Both the position numbers and the translations under genes were made by a program. From Mobula hypostoma (Eukaryota): 64,000 nt of DNA. The number at the start of each line of letters is the position of its first letter. The stretch's first letter is position 1. Of this stretch, positions 63,101 to 64,000 are shown piece by piece. The stretch is from NCBI RefSeq assembly GCF_963921235.1, contig NC_086108.1, forward strand, positions 9,858,001 through 9,922,000. The letters are read 5' to 3'. The notes under the pieces were generated by a model. That model ran no database searches, was not told the DNA's origin, and was given only the letters and a program-made list of their open reading frames with translations.

Positions 63101-64000
63101 TTTCCCAGCAGAAATAACATTAACAGCATCAAATCCCATCCCTTCCCCACAGAAAAAACAGTTATAACCGCATTTAATCCCCAACCCCTTCCCCACAGAA
63201 AAAAACAGTTATAACAGCATTTAATCCCCAGCAAAAATAATGGTCCAAACAGCATCAAAGCCCAACCACTTCCACGCAGAAAAATCAGTCCCTACAGCAT
63301 TATAACACTCCCTGTTCCCCACAGAAAAAACAGTCATAACAGCATCTAATCCCCAACAGCTTCCATGCAGAAAAAACAGTTACAACAGCATGAATTCCTG
63401 AACATTCCATGCAGAAAAAAATAGTCACAATAGCATTAAATCCCCAATACCATTCCCACAAAAAAAACAGTAACAGCATCAAATCCCTCCCACTCCTGCA
63501 AAAAAACAGTCACAACAGCATCAAATCCCTCCCCTTCCCCACAGAAAAAACAGTCACAACATCAATTCCCCGAACCCCTTCCACACAGAAAAAGTCACAA
63601 GAGCATCAAATCACCCACCCCTTTCGCAGCAGAAGAAACAGTCACAATAGCATCAAATCCCTGACCCCTTCCCAGCAGAAATAACAATCAAAACAGCATC
63701 AAATCCCAACCACTTCCCGGCAGAAAAATCAGTCACAACAGCATCATTACACATCCCGTTCCCCGCAGAAAAACATTCACAACACCATCAAATCCCCAAC
63801 CCCTTGCCACACAGAAAAACAGTCACAATACCATCAAATCCCCACCCCATCCCCACAGACAAAACAGTCACAGCAGCATCAAATCCCAATCTCTTCCCCG
63901 CAAAAAAAAATTCACAAGAGCATCAAATCCCACCTGTTCCCCCCAGAAAAAACATTCACAACAGCGTCAAATCCTCAACCGTTCCCCGCAGAAAAACCAG
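60200..64000. repeat. ~46-bp satellite/minisatellite running off the window end
   Basis: Unit approximately CAGTCACAACAGCATCAAATCCC(N)CCCTTCCCCACAGAAAAAA. Near-identical 46-bp copies at 61141-61320. Interrupted at 61932-63006. Confidence 0.96.
61932..63006. mobile_element. Solo-LTR-like element (1075 bp) with 5-bp TSD, same family as 16425-18037
   Basis: Starts TGTCATGGTCCGGTC and ends ATGACT (terminal A mutated). CAACC TSD at 61927-61931 and 63007-63011. Confidence 0.88.

Overview
Eukaryotic, repeat-dominated genomic DNA, almost certainly vertebrate. The repeat mix (abundant CR1 LINEs with an esterase ORF1, V-domain tRNA SINEs, Penelope remnants, Rex1/Babar, Tx1, fish-type L1, Tc1, hAT, Harbinger) suggests a cartilaginous fish, probably a ray or skate; this is inference. 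No intact host gene is recognisable, and the window reads like a large intron or intergenic region. Nearly every ORF in the track is a decayed transposon fragment or a tandem-repeat artefact. Well supported features are: one full-length but disabled CR1; a ~3.6 kb L1; a DD34E Tc1; a Harbinger deletion derivative; a composite hAT MITE; six TG...CA solo-LTR-like inserts (five with exact target-site duplications, TSDs); and seven minisatellite or satellite arrays. Many inserts are nested, which gives their order of insertion. The best host-gene candidate is a possible exon at 31307-31416. I found no convincing new biological system. The most interesting observations are satellites apparently born from subrepeats of an interspersed element, composite MITEs, and hairpin-shaped Penelope derivatives with decayed hammerhead-ribozyme motifs. 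Family names come from motif recognition by eye, and boundaries without a TSD are approximate.
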